DNA of 64,000 bases from a bacterium (lineage in GTDB: Bacteria; Patescibacteriota; Dojkabacteria; JAKAPS01; JAJZLI01): positions 198,087 to 262,086 of the forward strand of contig JAKAWT010000001.1 in the NCBI GenBank assembly GCA_021816845.1, given 5' to 3'. Below, piece by piece: positions 8,986 through 19,911 of the stretch. The notes under the pieces are model-generated. The model was not told where the DNA came from and did no database searches. It saw only the letters and a program-made list of their open reading frames with translations. Numbering within the stretch: position 1 is the first letter of the stretch; each line of letters opens with the position of its first letter. Both the position numbers and the translations under genes were made by a program.

Positions 8986-11142
8986 ATGGGAAGAAAAAAA
9001 TCATCTGCAATATCTCGTGCCTTAAAAAAGAAAAAAGGACCTTCTTTTAGTGGACAAGATACTTATACAATAATAGGTATAATATTGATGATATTATCAC
9101 TACTTTCTTTTATAGGAGCATTTACTCATATATCAGTATTGAATTTTATATATTTATCTCTTGGGTATGGGATAATAATATTTGCTATATTTGCATTCCT
9201 TCTATCTTTAAGATTCCTAGGTACTAAGATAAAATTTAACACAGTATCGGCGATTTCAGGGATTATAATTTTTATGCTATCAGCATTGGCATTCTTGAAT
9301 GTTTTATATCCATCTAATTTATCACTAACCTTATCTGGAGAAGGTAAACTTGGTGGAGCAATAGGATATTTATTGTCTCAACTTATGATAAACCATTTTA
9401 CAAAAATAGGATCCTTTATAATACTTATACCTATTATTATAGTATCTTTTCTTATGGCCATATCATTTTCTTTTGTTGAAGCACTACGCTCAATAAAATG
9501 GGGGATTAACATAATAATAGAATATATAATGTCATTTATAATAAGTGAAGAAGAAAATAATGTAAATAAAGGAGATAATATTGAAAACTTAGAATTTGAA
9601 ATAAAAGGTACAAATCCACAAACTGGTTCAGGAATGATAGGAGATCTATCAGGTGGAAATATAATGAATAAATATAAAAAAGTTGATGTAGCACAAACAG
9701 AATATACACCAGTCTTTTATGAGAACTGGAAAACACCCCCAATTGATTTTCTAAAAATTATAAAAAAAATTGAAGTCGTTAATGCCCAAGATATAAAAAA
9801 GAATTCTGAAATTATAGAAAGAACACTTCTAAGTTTTGATATAACATCAAAAGTAGTCGATGTTGATATAGGCTCTGTAGTTACAAGGTATGCTCTCCAA
9901 ATAACGATGGGTACGAAAGTATCTAAAATAAACAATCTATCAAGAGATATTGCTCTAGCCCTTGCAGCACCATCTGGTACAGTTAGGATAGAAGCACCAA
10001 TTCCAGGAACATCCCTTGTAGGTATTGAGGTTCCTAATTCCAAGTTCCAAATAGTAGGATTAAGAAACATTGTAGATACAGCAGAATTCAATAATCCAAA
10101 AATAAGGCTGCCCCTTGCTATGGGAGAGGATGTAACAGGTAAGATTATAATAAGGGACCTTGCTGCTATGCCCCATGTCCTTGTAGCAGGATCTACTGGG
10201 TCTGGAAAAAGTATGTTAATAAATTCATTTTTGATGGGGCTTTTATACAGGCATTCTCCTGATACATTAAAAATTATTATGATTGACCCAAAACATGTAG
10301 AGCTTTCTGTATATAATGGTATACCCCACTTATTAACTCCTGTAATTACCGATATGGATAATGTGAATAATGCATTAAAATGGGCAGTAAGAGAGATGGA
10401 ACAAAGATATAACATTCTAAAAGCTGATGGAGCAAGGAATATAGAAGGATATAATGAAAATAAAGAAAATGCAGAAAAAATGAGTAACATTGTTATTGTA
10501 ATAGATGAGATGGCAGATTTAATACTAGCAAAGGGAGTTGAAATAGAACATTCAATAGTAAGACTAGCTCAAATGGCTAGAGCAGTAGGCATACATCTTA
10601 TACTTGCAACCCAAAGACCATCTGTCAATGTTATAACTGGACTTATAAAAGCTAATATCCCTGCAAGAATATCTTTGTCAGTAGCATCAGTAATAGATTC
10701 AAGAGTTATTTTAGACCAACAAGGAGCAGAAACATTACTTGGGAAAGGAGATATGCTTTTCAAAGCACCTGATCTTGGAAAAACTATGAGACTACAAGGA
10801 GCTTTGATAAGTGAAGAAGAAATATCTAAAGTCATAACCTTTATATCCCAACAAGGGACAGAATTTGCGTATAACGAAGAAATTCTTACACCTTTAAGAG
10901 AAAATATTATACATGGAGGAGATGGATCATATGAAGATAATCTATTCCCTGAAGCTGTTAGAGTTGTTGTAGAAGCACAGAGAGGTTCTGCATCAATATT
11001 ACAATCAAAACTCAAAATAGGATATGCTAGAGCAGCTAGATTAATATTAGAACTTGAAAATAGTGGTGTTGTAGGTCCTCAGGATGGATCTAAGCCAAGA
11101 GATGTTTTAATTGATGATGCTGATAATTTTCTACAACCTTAA
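8986..11142 (+). CDS. ftsK: DNA translocase FtsK/SpoIIIE
   Basis: N-terminal TMs, RIEAPIPG, Walker A GSTGSGKS, DEMADL, ATQRPS and gamma domain IGYARAA. Confidence 0.97.
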   Translation: MGRKKSSAISRALKKKKGPSFSGQDTYTIIGIILMILSLLSFIGAFTHISVLNFIYLSLGYGIIIFAIFAFLLSLRFLGTKIKFNTVSAISGIIIFMLSALAFLNVLYPSNLSLTLSGEGKLGGAIGYLLSQLMINHFTKIGSFIILIPIIIVSFLMAISFSFVEALRSIKWGINIIIEYIMSFIISEEENNVNKGDNIENLEFEIKGTNPQTGSGMIGDLSGGNIMNKYKKVDVAQTEYTPVFYENWKTPPIDFLKIIKKIEVVNAQDIKKNSEIIERTLLSFDITSKVVDVDIGSVVTRYALQITMGTKVSKINNLSRDIALALAAPSGTVRIEAPIPGTSLVGIEVPNSKFQIVGLRNIVDTAEFNNPKIRLPLAMGEDVTGKIIIRDLAAMPHVLVAGSTGSGKSMLINSFLMGLLYRHSPDTLKIIMIDPKHVELSVYNGIPHLLTPVITDMDNVNNALKWAVREMEQRYNILKADGARNIEGYNENKENAEKMSNIVIVIDEMADLILAKGVEIEHSIVRLAQMARAVGIHLILATQRPSVNVITGLIKANIPARISLSVASVIDSRVILDQQGAETLLGKGDMLFKAPDLGKTMRLQGALISEEEISKVITFISQQGTEFAYNEEILTPLRENIIHGGDGSYEDNLFPEAVRVVVEAQRGSASILQSKLKIGYARAARLILELENSGVVGPQDGSKPRDVLIDDADNFLQP

Positions 11143-11146
11143 AAAA

Positions 11147-11893
11147 TTATCCTAATGTTAAAATTTCAGGAGCACCATTCGTTATTAAAATAGTGTGCTC
11201 AAAATGACCAGATATAGACTTGTCTTGAGTCCGTATAGTCCATCCATCTTGTTCTATATAAATATCAGAACTACCCATATTAATCATACTCTCAATGGCT
11301 ACAGTCATATTCTCTCTTAGCCTGGTACCAGTTTTTGGCTTACCATAACCTAGTATATATGGATCTTCATGTAATTTATATCCTATACCATGACCTGAAA
11401 GTTCTTTCACAATAGAATATCCCGCTTTTTTAACTGGAATCTCCATAGCATAAGATATATCTCCAACAAATGATAGATTCTTTGCAGCTTTAATACCTTC
11501 ATCTCTAGATTTTTTAACTATATCAAGGAAAGATTGTATTTTATTATCTTTTTTATCCCCAACTATAAATGATATTGCAGCATCAGTGTATAAACCCTTA
11601 TAAATAACTCCATAGTCTAAAGATACTACATCACCGTTTTTAATTGTATATGAACTTGGTATACCATGAACTACTTTGTCATTAATACTTATACACAAAG
11701 ATTTTGGATATCCCTTATACCCTAAGAATGCTGGTTTAACGTCATATTCCTTACATAATTCTTCAGACATTTGATTAAGTTCATTCTCTGACACACCAGG
11801 TTTTGATTCACTTTGTAAAATTTTAAGAATTTTCCCTAATATTTTGCCTCCATGTCTCATATATTTTATTTCTTCAATTGTTTTTGGTTTCAT
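11147..11893 (-). CDS. map: Methionine aminopeptidase type I
   Basis: CISINDKVVHGIP, DYG...TDAA, GHGIG..LHEDP and HFEHT. Confidence 0.97.
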   Translation of the reverse strand: MKPKTIEEIKYMRHGGKILGKILKILQSESKPGVSENELNQMSEELCKEYDVKPAFLGYKGYPKSLCISINDKVVHGIPSSYTIKNGDVVSLDYGVIYKGLYTDAAISFIVGDKKDNKIQSFLDIVKKSRDEGIKAAKNLSFVGDISYAMEIPVKKAGYSIVKELSGHGIGYKLHEDPYILGYGKPKTGTRLRENMTVAIESMINMGSSDIYIEQDGWTIRTQDKSISGHFEHTILITNGAPEILTLG

Positions 11894-11897
11894 AAAA

Positions 11898-12458
11898 TTA
11901 ATTTATTATATATTTTAGAATCATATTATATATTGTATCAATACTTAAAGTAGCATCAATATCAATAACCTTTTTTTTATAAAAATTCCTTATTTTATCC
12001 TCATTTTTATGGTAATTGTATAATCTGTTTGATATGGCTTTATCAGATATATCTAATCTTTTTTCTTCACCCTTTTCACGATTTAATATCCTTTCTTCAG
12101 ATATTTTATCATCAAGATTAAAAATAAAAACAAGATCCATAGATTTATTATTTTTTTCTAAATATCTATCTAATAATAAAGCTTGTTTTCTAGTCCTAGG
12201 GTATGCGTCCAACACTATTTTGTCACTTTTTATTTTATCAAGTTTGGTAAATAACATCCTTGATATTATGGAATCTGGAACCCATTCTCCATTTTTCCAA
12301 TATTTCAAGTAAAGCTCTTTCCCAATCTTGGTACCATCTTCATACTCCTTTCTAAGTAACTCCCCTGTGGATACAATATTAAAACCTTCATTTTCACAAA
12401 GTCTCTTACTCTCTGCACCTTTCCCACACCCAGAAGGCCCTATAAAAGAAATTATCAT
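11898..12458 (-). CDS. adk: Adenylate kinase (short LID)
   Basis: GPSGCGKG P-loop, STGELLR and LDAYPRT; located upstream of map. Confidence 0.9.
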   Translation of the reverse strand: MIISFIGPSGCGKGAESKRLCENEGFNIVSTGELLRKEYEDGTKIGKELYLKYWKNGEWVPDSIISRMLFTKLDKIKSDKIVLDAYPRTRKQALLLDRYLEKNNKSMDLVFIFNLDDKISEERILNREKGEEKRLDISDKAISNRLYNYHKNEDKIRNFYKKKVIDIDATLSIDTIYNMILKYIIN

Positions 12459-12546
12459 ATTGTATATATTAGCAAAATACAGTCACTAATACAAAAATTT
12501 TATATATAGATACAACAAACATCTAAAATTTGGTAGTATATAGTGT

Positions 12547-13683
12547 ATGCCTCCAGAATATATAAAGAAACAATCTATACAATTTTTTGAACTATCACTG
12601 TTAGTTTTTACCTTATTCCAAACTTTTTTTACTTTTCTAAAAAACCCATTTTATAATTTTTTCCCACTTTATAATTTTTATATCACAATAATAGGATTTT
12701 TACTTATTATAATACTCAATCGTATATACCTAAAAAATAATAATTTATATATAAAGCTTGCAAGATACCTATTACTTTTCATAATAGCAATATTAGAAAT
12801 TTATATTGCGGGAGCAAATTCAGATATATATTTAGTACTTATATTATTTTTAGAAATACAAATTGCGGCAGAAGTTCGTTCAATTAAAAATGCATTGTAT
12901 CTATTTTCTACCATATTCCTTTTATCCTCTGTCATAGTAGTAATCCAAGGTATGAGTACTATGTACCAATCATCAGCAATTTTTTTAGGATTAATAACAT
13001 TGGGCGCTATAATATTACTATTTATAAGATATAATACAGATTCTCTAAGTAAATTAGAAAATCTAGAAGCTGATATTGAAAATAAAAAAATTATAAAAAC
13101 TTCTCAAGAGAATTTTCTTTCTATAAATAAAAATATATTAAAAGAAGAATTTGCTCATATAGCAGAAATTCTAATAGATGATAATACACTACTTTATGAA
13201 ACCTATAAGGATAGTGTATATATGCAAAATCTATTCATACAAAGAGAAGATTCCTTAAAACTCCTATCTTTGAATATTGATATTGTAAATCTATATGAAG
13301 AAATATTAATAATACAAAAGGAGTTTAGTATATTTTATGATGCTAGGATAGAATATAAAATCGATGATAAAGAGACTGTACTCAAAGATCAGAACATTTT
13401 AATGGATAGAGAGAAACTAAGATCTATGTTAAGATTGATTTTTATATTTATACAAGAGAATAATATCCTGAATACAACGATAGAGATAAAAACTAACCCT
13501 CAAGGTGTGTCACTCAAAATTATTTTTCCTCAGAAATTTACAACATATTTTGCAGGTAAAACCATTAATCAAATACAAAAAGATTTTACATGGTCAAATA
13601 TTTTAATGATATATTCTAAGATAATAGGCAATGAATATATCTCCCAAGAAAGCTTTATATCTACTACCTTTATTAAAATATGA
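12547..13683 (+). CDS. Multi-TM membrane protein with degenerate histidine-kinase-like C-terminus
   Basis: About 6 TMs and a coiled coil. FLSINKNILK sits where FLSIASHELR is expected; MDREKLRSML marks an HATPase start that lacks N/G boxes. Confidence 0.55.
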   Translation: MPPEYIKKQSIQFFELSLLVFTLFQTFFTFLKNPFYNFFPLYNFYITIIGFLLIIILNRIYLKNNNLYIKLARYLLLFIIAILEIYIAGANSDIYLVLILFLEIQIAAEVRSIKNALYLFSTIFLLSSVIVVIQGMSTMYQSSAIFLGLITLGAIILLFIRYNTDSLSKLENLEADIENKKIIKTSQENFLSINKNILKEEFAHIAEILIDDNTLLYETYKDSVYMQNLFIQREDSLKLLSLNIDIVNLYEEILIIQKEFSIFYDARIEYKIDDKETVLKDQNILMDREKLRSMLRLIFIFIQENNILNTTIEIKTNPQGVSLKIIFPQKFTTYFAGKTINQIQKDFTWSNILMIYSKIIGNEYISQESFISTTFIKI

Positions 13684-14897
13684 ATAAGAACCTAGATACT
13701 AAAGATATAAAGAAACAAATAATAGATAAGAAATCTCAACATGATTCTTTAGAAATTACTGCTATAGGAATCACAATAGCTTTATTTATGATTATAAGAG
13801 AAATCGTGAGCTTTAATAATTTGTATATCATAGGATTAAGTATCATTCCAATAATTGCTATTATAGGATTTTTCATTGTTTATTATATATATTACCCAAA
13901 AAATAATTACTTTGATGATAAAAAAAATAAGCTCGAGTATATACTAATAATGATTGAGCTTTTATATTTTATAATCATATCTGGAGGGCTATATGTTGGA
14001 GGTGGTATAAATTCAGTTGCAATGCTGGTATTTTTCCCATATATAGTATCAATTATCATAGATCCAAAGGATTCAAATATATTTTTATCATATTTATATA
14101 TAGATATAATCCTTTTTGCTACACTCTTTATTTTTGGATTCTATTTATTTGATTTTACAGCACTCTTTATCATTAATATATTTATGATAGTGACTGGGGT
14201 TTTGATAAAAACATTTGCTGATATAATGATGTTTAATTATCTAGAACTTGTAGAAAAAAATACAGAAGAAGATGTTTTTGAAAATGATAAAAGGGAAAAT
14301 ATAAATTTTCTAAAAACAACAATATTAGAAATTGATGAATTTATAAAAAGAATATCAATTAGAAAAGATATCAAAAAAAACATTGTAGAACTTAAAATCA
14401 TTGAACAAAAATTGAAAGACAGGCAAGAACTTCTTGATGGAGAAAAATTAAATATAAGTATTTTTCAATTTAATAAAATTGTATCTTCAGTATTACAAGA
14501 ATTATTCCCTCTAATGAAAGATAAAGCCATTCAAATACAATATCTACCATATATAAATGAAGACTTAGAAATAAATAATGATAGAGATAAAATATATTCA
14601 ATACTTTTATATTGTATTGAGAATGCAATACTATTTTCTAATGATGAAGGTATCCTTACAATAATAACAAAAAAAGAAAGAGATAATATAAGTGTTTCTA
14701 TACGCAATAATACAGATACTGAAATAGATTTGAAAAATCTATTTAAACTGGGTAACACTACTAAAAAGGGTACCAGAGAAGGAGTTGGATTATACATTTC
14801 AAAATCATTTTCTAACCTAACAAAAACGGATATTCAAATACATAAGGATTATGCAAATCTCATCATAGTTGATTTAAAAGTAAAGATCATACTATAG
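13680..14897 (+). CDS. Multi-TM membrane protein with HATPase_c-like domain but no H-box
   Basis: About 6 TMs, DRDKIYSIL..CIENAILFS (N-box), LFKLG (F-box) and EGVGLYISK (G2). No DxGxG and no phospho-His. Confidence 0.65.
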   Translation: MNKNLDTKDIKKQIIDKKSQHDSLEITAIGITIALFMIIREIVSFNNLYIIGLSIIPIIAIIGFFIVYYIYYPKNNYFDDKKNKLEYILIMIELLYFIIISGGLYVGGGINSVAMLVFFPYIVSIIIDPKDSNIFLSYLYIDIILFATLFIFGFYLFDFTALFIINIFMIVTGVLIKTFADIMMFNYLELVEKNTEEDVFENDKRENINFLKTTILEIDEFIKRISIRKDIKKNIVELKIIEQKLKDRQELLDGEKLNISIFQFNKIVSSVLQELFPLMKDKAIQIQYLPYINEDLEINNDRDKIYSILLYCIENAILFSNDEGILTIITKKERDNISVSIRNNTDTEIDLKNLFKLGNTTKKGTREGVGLYISKSFSNLTKTDIQIHKDYANLIIVDLKVKIIL

Positions 14898-14914
14898 AAT
14901 TTATGTTTAGCTGG

Positions 14915-16201
14915 CTATGCATAGCTTGAGTACGAACGAGTTATAAGATGTGATTTTATATTCCTTATTAGAGTCAATATTACTACTACGATAATAAGTA
15001 TACTCGTACCACCAATTGCTACACTTGTTATATTAGTATAATACTGAACTACTAATGGTATTAATGCAATAATAGTCAAAAATATTGCTCCAACAAACGT
15101 AAGTTTCAACAAAATATTATATATATAGTTTTCTGTTTGTTTACCAGGTCTAAAACCAGGGATAAACCCTCCTTGTTTTTGGATATTATTTGCTACATCA
15201 TGAGGTTTGAATACAATGAATGTATAGAAATAAGTCATAAATATTATTAAAATTCCATATATTATCCCATAGTATAACTGATTAGATAAACCATTATAAA
15301 CAAATACTGAAACATGATGTATTAGTACATTTTTACTCGTTTCTAATATTTTAGATAGTTCAGTTGGTAGCAGCACAAGAGAAAGTGCAAATATAATAGG
15401 CATAACACCTGCTGTATTTATTTTGATCGGTATATATGATTTATTCCCTCCCACAAGCTGCACTCCACGTGTCATACGAGTATAGTTAACAGGAATGTTT
15501 CTGGATGATTCGTTCACAAGTACAATAGCAATAACCATACCAATAAATAGTAATAGTAATACTAATATAATAATACCATTAATACTCTGTGACACTGCAG
15601 CCGATACTAGTGATTCTGGCATAGCAGCCAAAATACCAACAGCTATAAGTAGCGATATACCATCCCCAACCCCGTATTCAGTAATTAATTCTCCTAACCA
15701 CATAAGAAATATTGAACCAGCTGTCATTGTAATTATGAATGTTGTAAGACCCAATGGATCAAGGTTAGAAATTATAGGAGTTTGAGATACTCCAAGAAGA
15801 AACTTATAAATTCCAAATGATTGTAGCGCTGCAATAGGTACTGTAAGATATCTTGTATATTGATTTATAATCTTTTGTCCTCTATCACCTTGTTCTTGTA
15901 ATTCTTTTATTTTAGGTACTAGATAGACTAAAAATTGGAATATAACAGTAGCAGTAATAAAAGGACCTAACCCTATACCTACAATTGCAGCTGTCTGCAA
16001 TGTACCTCCAGAAAATATATTCAGAAAACTTAACGCCTGATTATTCTTAAATAGTGATGACAGAACACTTACGTTAACTCCAGGAACAGGTATTGAAGCG
16101 AAAACTCTAAATACAGCAATAAGTAATATTGTAAATAATATTTTCCTTCTAAGCTCAGGACTATTATAAAGCTCTCGAATAATATAAAAAACTTTTTGCA
16201 T
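14915..16201 (-). CDS. secY: Preprotein translocase subunit SecY
   Basis: IPVPGV, WLGELITEYGVG, AGVMPIIFA, GFIPGFRPG and GGTSILI. Confidence 0.98.
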   Translation of the reverse strand: MQKVFYIIRELYNSPELRRKILFTILLIAVFRVFASIPVPGVNVSVLSSLFKNNQALSFLNIFSGGTLQTAAIVGIGLGPFITATVIFQFLVYLVPKIKELQEQGDRGQKIINQYTRYLTVPIAALQSFGIYKFLLGVSQTPIISNLDPLGLTTFIITMTAGSIFLMWLGELITEYGVGDGISLLIAVGILAAMPESLVSAAVSQSINGIIILVLLLLFIGMVIAIVLVNESSRNIPVNYTRMTRGVQLVGGNKSYIPIKINTAGVMPIIFALSLVLLPTELSKILETSKNVLIHHVSVFVYNGLSNQLYYGIIYGILIIFMTYFYTFIVFKPHDVANNIQKQGGFIPGFRPGKQTENYIYNILLKLTFVGAIFLTIIALIPLVVQYYTNITSVAIGGTSILIIVVVILTLIRNIKSHLITRSYSSYA

Positions 16202-16632
16202 CAGAGTATTTTACCATTCGCTAATTTTATTTTATCTAAAGACGATTTAGAGAAAGATATTTTATCATTTTTGAATGATAATTTTTTTGATAATTCTCCA
16301 TCTCCTAGTATTTTAACAGTTTTTTCCTTTTTTAAAACCCCAATTTTTTTTAGTTCATCAAAGGATACTATATCATTTTCTTTGAATAATCTATCTATGT
16401 CAGATAAATTTAAAACAGCGTATTCATGTCTTTGTCTCTTAAACCCTTTAAGATAGGGAAGTCTTAATATCAATGGATTTTGTCCTCCTTCAAAAAACGG
16501 GGATATATGTACACCCGATCTGGATTTTTGACCTTTGGTCCCTCTACCAGCAGTATGTCCACCCTTACCTGATCCATAACCTCTACCTACTATTTTTTTT
16601 GATTTTTTTACAATTTTATTCTTAATTAACAT
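16201..16632 (-). CDS. rplO: 50S ribosomal protein L15
   Basis: VGRGYGSGKGGHTAGRGTKGQKSR and FEGGQ. Confidence 0.97.
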   Translation of the reverse strand: MLIKNKIVKKSKKIVGRGYGSGKGGHTAGRGTKGQKSRSGVHISPFFEGGQNPLILRLPYLKGFKRQRHEYAVLNLSDIDRLFKENDIVSFDELKKIGVLKKEKTVKILGDGELSKKLSFKNDKISFSKSSLDKIKLANGKIL

Positions 16633-16633
16633 A

Positions 16634-17140
16634 TTATCTTGCCTTTAAATTTTGTAAAGCTAGGAAACTACAGTATATATTTGCCTTTTTATTGGTGGAA
16701 CCAAGTCTTTTAGATAAAACATCTTTAACACCTGCAAGTTCTAAGATTGGCTTGATATTTTTCCCTGCTATAATACCTGTTCCTTGTACTGCTGGTTTAA
16801 AAAGCATTTTTGCGGCTTTAAAATCCTGTGTTATTTCATGAGTAATAGTATTCTCTGTAAGATTTATTGACACTACAGATGCTCTGGCCTTCCTTATTGC
16901 CTTCTCTATAGCAAATTTAGGATCATTTCCAACCCCCTTTCCTATACCAATTTTGCCATTCCTATTACCAACTACAACCATAGCTGAAAATCTAAATCTT
17001 TTAGCTCCTTTTGTAACCTTTGTAACTCTTTTAGTCTCAAGAATATAATGCTCATAATCAGATACAGGAGTTTTATCCTCAAGTGTTATTTCATCTATAA
17101 TTATTTCTTTTATTTCCGTTATATCTTCTTTATTCGCCAT
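16634..17140 (-). CDS. rpsE: 30S ribosomal protein S5
   Basis: RVTKVTKGAKRFRFSAMVVVGN and PAVQGTGIIAG. Confidence 0.97.
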   Translation of the reverse strand: MANKEDITEIKEIIIDEITLEDKTPVSDYEHYILETKRVTKVTKGAKRFRFSAMVVVGNRNGKIGIGKGVGNDPKFAIEKAIRKARASVVSINLTENTITHEITQDFKAAKMLFKPAVQGTGIIAGKNIKPILELAGVKDVLSKRLGSTNKKANIYCSFLALQNLKAR

Positions 17141-17153
17141 AATTTTTAAAATC

Positions 17154-17495
17154 TTAAAATATCAATCCGCTTTTCTTCGCTCCATCAGAAAAAGATTTTA
17201 CTCTACCATGAAATCTATATCCTCCTCTATCAAATACCACAGATTTTATACCTTTTGATAATGCTATTTTACCAAATTCTACACCAAGATTATATGATTT
17301 TTCTGTTTTATCCTTACCATTTTTGATAACCTTTGTAGACATACCTATGATTGTTTCACTTTTATCATCATCTATTATCTGGACATAAATATCTTTACTA
17401 GATCTAAAAACAGACAATCTAGGTCTTATTTTAGTACCTGATACTTTTTTCCTTATAATTTTATGCCTTTTTAATCTTCCTTGTAATGTTTTCAT
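17154..17495 (-). CDS. rplR: 50S ribosomal protein L18
   Basis: RPRLSVFRS and VVFDRGGYRFHGRV. Confidence 0.97.
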   Translation of the reverse strand: MKTLQGRLKRHKIIRKKVSGTKIRPRLSVFRSSKDIYVQIIDDDKSETIIGMSTKVIKNGKDKTEKSYNLGVEFGKIALSKGIKSVVFDRGGYRFHGRVKSFSDGAKKSGLIF

Positions 17496-17507
17496 AGAAT
17501 TTAAAAT

Positions 17508-18056
17508 TTATTTAACTGTGGCCTTACCACTCTTCCCTGCCTTTTTAATTACAACCTCATCTTTATACCTTATACCTTTACCCTTATAAGGTTCTGGTTT
17601 TTTAATCTTTCTTATGTCTGCACTTACCTGACCTACTAATTGTTTATCAATTCCGCTAATCTTTATTTGATTATTATCAGAGACTTCAAATTTTATACCT
17701 TCAACTTTCCTAACTTTTACAGTATGTGAATACCCAACATTTAAAACAATATCCTCTCCATCTAGTGCAACTCTATATCCTATCCCTTGAAGTGAGAGCT
17801 CCTTAGTAAATCCTTCAGATACACCTATAACCATATTATTTATTAGTGATCTATATAATCCATGTAAAGATTTATCTTCCTTAGAATCTGATTTTCTAGA
17901 TACCTTAATAATATTATCTTCTTTTATTATTTTTACTCTATTCAAATAGTGCATCCTAAGTTCTCCCAATTTCCCTTTTACGACAACTTCGTCACTGTTT
18001 ATTTCAACATCAACTCCTTCTTTTAAATCTATTGGTAATAATCCTATTCTTGACAT
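17508..18056 (-). CDS. rplF: 50S ribosomal protein L6
   Basis: MSRIG and PEPYKGKGIRY. Confidence 0.98.
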   Translation of the reverse strand: MSRIGLLPIDLKEGVDVEINSDEVVVKGKLGELRMHYLNRVKIIKEDNIIKVSRKSDSKEDKSLHGLYRSLINNMVIGVSEGFTKELSLQGIGYRVALDGEDIVLNVGYSHTVKVRKVEGIKFEVSDNNQIKISGIDKQLVGQVSADIRKIKKPEPYKGKGIRYKDEVVIKKAGKSGKATVK

Positions 18057-18062
18057 AATAAT

Positions 18063-18440
18063 TTACCAAACTTTACAAATAATTTCTCCACCTACCTTAT
18101 TCTTCCTAGCCTCACTATCAGTCATAACCCCTTCTGGTGTTGATAGAATACATAAACCAAGACCGTTTAGAACTTTTGGTATATCTCTATATGATGAATA
18201 TATCTTCAAGCTAGGCTTTGATACTCTTTCTATACCAGATATAACACTTTCTCCCTTTTTATACTTTAGGGATATTATTATATCATGTTCCTTGATTTCA
18301 TAATCTTTTATATATCCTCTATCTTTAAGAACTCTAACTATATCTTTTTTGATAGTACTTAAAGGTACTGATACAATCTCTTTATCTCGAAAGATCGCAT
18401 TTCTTATTCTTGTTAATAAATCTGCTATTGGATCACTCAT
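18063..18440 (-). CDS. rpsH: 30S ribosomal protein S8
   Basis: DPIADLLTRIRNA and GGEIICKVW. Confidence 0.98.
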   Translation of the reverse strand: MSDPIADLLTRIRNAIFRDKEIVSVPLSTIKKDIVRVLKDRGYIKDYEIKEHDIIISLKYKKGESVISGIERVSKPSLKIYSSYRDIPKVLNGLGLCILSTPEGVMTDSEARKNKVGGEIICKVW

Positions 18441-18468
18441 AATTAAACCTACAATAAATTACATATAA

Positions 18469-18663
18469 TTACCATGATGACTTCCTAACTCCAGGAAGTT
18501 TGCCTTCATGAGCTAAATGCCTTAAGCATATTCTACAAATTCCAAAATCTCTAAAATATGCTCTAGAACGACCACAAATAGTACATCTGTTGTATCTTCG
18601 GACTCCAAATTTCATCTTTTTTACCCTTTCTTGTTGTTTATCAACCAATGCTTTTCTTGCCAT
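18469..18663 (-). CDS. rpsN: 30S ribosomal protein S14, zinc-binding type Z
   Basis: RCTICGR...CRIC and PGVRKSSW. Confidence 0.97.
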   Translation of the reverse strand: MARKALVDKQQERVKKMKFGVRRYNRCTICGRSRAYFRDFGICRICLRHLAHEGKLPGVRKSSW

Positions 18664-18664
18664 A

Positions 18665-19240
18665 CTATTTCTTTGCTAAATTATCCTTTGCTAAAGGTTC
18701 TTTTACTAAAGGTAATCCCAAATATTTAAATAAAATTTTTGCATCGTTATCATTCTTTGCAGTGGTAACAATTGTAACCTGTAGAGATTTTACCTTATCA
18801 CCATACATTTGTGCAACTTCAGGGAACACTGAATGTTCTTTAATACCTATTGAATAGTTACCTTTTCCATCAAAAGAATTCAATGTTAAACCTCTAAAAT
18901 CTCTAAAACGAGGGATATCAATATCAATCAACTTCTGATAAAAATCCCACATCCTATCACTTCTTAGAGTGACCTTTATTCCTATGTTCATCCCTTCTCT
19001 TATGTGAAAATTGGATATAGAAGCTTTCGCCTTAGTTGTAACAGGAACTTGTCCTGTAATAGCAGTAATGATTTCCCTCATTTGATCTAATGCTTCAGGA
19101 TTATTAGGAACTGAGTCAGATACACCAGAGTTAACTATTATTTTGGATAAATTCGGTACAGCGAAAACATTATCCACTTTCATTTCTTTTGCTATATCAC
19201 CTCTTAATTTTTTATTATATTTTTCTTTTAGGCTATTCAT
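18665..19240 (-). CDS. rplE: 50S ribosomal protein L5
   Basis: [14 protein letters not shown] and PRFRDFRG. Confidence 0.98.
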   Translation of the reverse strand: MNSLKEKYNKKLRGDIAKEMKVDNVFAVPNLSKIIVNSGVSDSVPNNPEALDQMREIITAITGQVPVTTKAKASISNFHIREGMNIGIKVTLRSDRMWDFYQKLIDIDIPRFRDFRGLTLNSFDGKGNYSIGIKEHSVFPEVAQMYGDKVKSLQVTIVTTAKNDNDAKILFKYLGLPLVKEPLAKDNLAKK

Positions 19241-19250
19241 AATAAACTAC

Positions 19251-19541
19251 TCATATTATATTTTTACATTTCTTACAACTTCTTTCTTTTATACCCTTAT
19301 CATTGATTACGTACCCCACCCTTGTAGGTTTACTACATTTAGGACATACTAATTTTACTATAGACGTATCTATAGCTTTTTGTCTGTCTACCATACCTGA
19401 ACCCTTTACTGCTTTCTTATACAGACCAACACCATCGACAAATATCTTATTTTTAGCTGGCAAAACTTTTGATACTTTGGCTACAGTACCTCTCTTATTT
19501 CCACTCAATAATTGCACTGAATCACCTTTCCTTATTTTCAT
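19251..19541 (-). CDS. rplX: 50S ribosomal protein L24
   Basis: MKIRKGDSV, with CPKC...CKKC zinc-ribbon-type C-terminus. Confidence 0.96.
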   Translation of the reverse strand: MKIRKGDSVQLLSGNKRGTVAKVSKVLPAKNKIFVDGVGLYKKAVKGSGMVDRQKAIDTSIVKLVCPKCSKPTRVGYVINDKGIKERSCKKCKNII

Positions 19542-19909
19542 AATACTTCATCTGCTAAACTAACTAATTTATTAAAACCTCTATCTCTAAGTTCTCTTGC
19601 TACTGGACCAAAAATAGCAGTTCCTCTTGGATCACCACTCTTTGGGTCAATTATCACTGCAGCATTATCATCAAATCTTATATAAGAACCATCTTTTCTC
19701 CTTACTTCCTTACGTGACCTAACAATTACGGCTGTTACCATATCATGTGCCCCAACTTGACCTCCTGGAGATGCTTTTAAAACAGTACACTTCACTCTGT
19801 CACCAACTCTGGAAAATCTTCTGAATGATACACCTAAAGATCCTAGAACTTTTAATTCTTTTGCTCCAGTATTATCTATACATTTTATCCTTGATTCATC
19901 TTGTAACAT
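19538..19909 (-). CDS. rplN: 50S ribosomal protein L14
   Basis: [17 protein letters not shown] and [10 protein letters not shown]. Confidence 0.98.
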   Translation of the reverse strand: MLQDESRIKCIDNTGAKELKVLGSLGVSFRRFSRVGDRVKCTVLKASPGGQVGAHDMVTAVIVRSRKEVRRKDGSYIRFDDNAAVIIDPKSGDPRGTAIFGPVARELRDRGFNKLVSLADEVL

Positions 19910-19911
19910 AA

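Noticed and set aside
9717-11015. 257-aa and 148-aa minus-strand ORFs
   Set aside because: Antisense to the conserved FtsK motor domain.
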